Assembly (NCBI GenBank): GCA_965112735.1
Contig: OZ218953.1
Location: forward strand, 682,001 to 746,000
Source: Phaeosaccion multiseriatum
Taxonomy: Eukaryota; Protista; Ochrophyta, other classes
DNA length: 64,000 bases
Direction of reading: 5' to 3'
Shown here: positions 63,023 through 64,000 of the stretch, piece after piece
Numbering within the stretch: position 1 is the first letter of the stretch
Layout: each line of letters opens with the position of its first letter
Made by a program: the position numbers and the translations under genes
The notes under the pieces: generated by a model
Seen by the model: only the letters and a program-made list of their open reading frames with translations
Told to the model about the DNA's origin: nothing
Databases searched by the model: none

Positions 63023-64000
63023 TCGAAGGGGGGGGGCGGAAAACAAGAAGCGGAAGAGCAAGTAGAGGTCAAGATGATGCCTTGCTTGCCCCCTGCCTGT
63101 ATGCATCACAACATGCATGTGCTAGCGGCGCTAGTTAGAGATCCGGCCGGGGCGGGGGGGTAGAAGGGCAAAACACTAACCCCACACAATAATGGTTTAG
63201 TGGGGTAGTGTTGCCCTTCTATACTTTGGCATCAAGCGACAGGGAGGTTAAAAGTATCCCCCCCATCACGGCTGGCTGTAGAGTTGGTGGTTGCTTGGTC
63301 AAACCTCACGGCTGGCTGTGACGCGAAAGAACCACTGCGCTTCATCTCTCCACAGAGCACCCCTGTGTCCTCCTTTTGCCCCGATCTCCCCCCCCACCCC
63401 CCCCCCCTTCGTCAGCCGCCGCAGCAGCAGCGCCGGGCGAAGGCCCTTGCTTCCTCAGAGACTTTCCTCTTCTTCCTTCCCCCGCTTCAGTCTGCCAGGG
63501 TGAGGAGCCCGCATGGCCGAAAGCAAAATAAAAAGAAAGGAGATCTCAACTGACAACGACAATCCGGATGCCAACATGCCATCCCTTTTTTTTTTCCTTC
63601 TCCCCGGCTACTAAAGACTAAAGAATTAAAAGAACGAAAGAAAAGGGCGCAGGGCGCAGATAAAAGAAAGAAAGGGGAAGGTCTAACACGCCAATGCCCT
63701 CTCTCGCACCCCAATTTCTTCGGTGACTCCCAATTTTACTTCGTGGCGATGCACTGAAGGCCACATGGCATGCGTATCTTGTCCGAAAGTCGGCGGGCAT
63801 ACGCAGGCGGGAGTATCCTGCTGCTACTGTGCTGGCTTTCCCAGCTGCTCCATGGTGTCGTCGACGCAATCCTCCGTCCCAAGCAGCAGCAGAAGCAGCA
63901 GGATCTCCTTCAGTCGTCATGGGGCATGGAAGAGGAAGAGGATGGGCGTTGCTTGGCCAAGGCAGTTGAATCGACGACCGCGGCAGCAGCAGACCGAGTG

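Noticed and set aside
63618-63926. Minus-strand ORF as a named gene
   Set aside because: It may be a first exon, but it has no recognisable motif, so I cannot support a call.

Overview
Eukaryotic, GC-rich, intron-dense genomic DNA; a stramenopile-like alga or protist is my best guess, but that is inference. Left two-thirds (1-42.4 kb): four spliced host genes in head-to-head/tail-to-tail order. They are a FIG4/Sac3 phosphoinositide phosphatase (-, 3' end runs off the window), a CaMK-type kinase fused to EF-hands and two cyclic-nucleotide-binding domains (+), a ~22 kb USP9X/24/34-type deubiquitinase (-) and RPB9 (+). Right third (43-64 kb): a nested mobile-element zone. It holds duplicated pogo/CENP-B-type HTH remnants around an intronless, frameshifted F-box-like/ankyrin gene, a family of TIR elements and a 41-bp satellite. 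The satellite is split by a very young Ty3/Gypsy chromovirus whose protease is itself interrupted by an identical, inverted solo LTR of its own family; this insertion preserves frame and is bounded by GT..AG. A second striking signal is a non-simple 11-mer, GTTGGTGATAC, seen 8 times exactly (plus 5 single-mismatch copies) in exons and introns of the host genes and not seen in the TE zone. Exon boundaries and counts were read by eye and may be off by a few bases.
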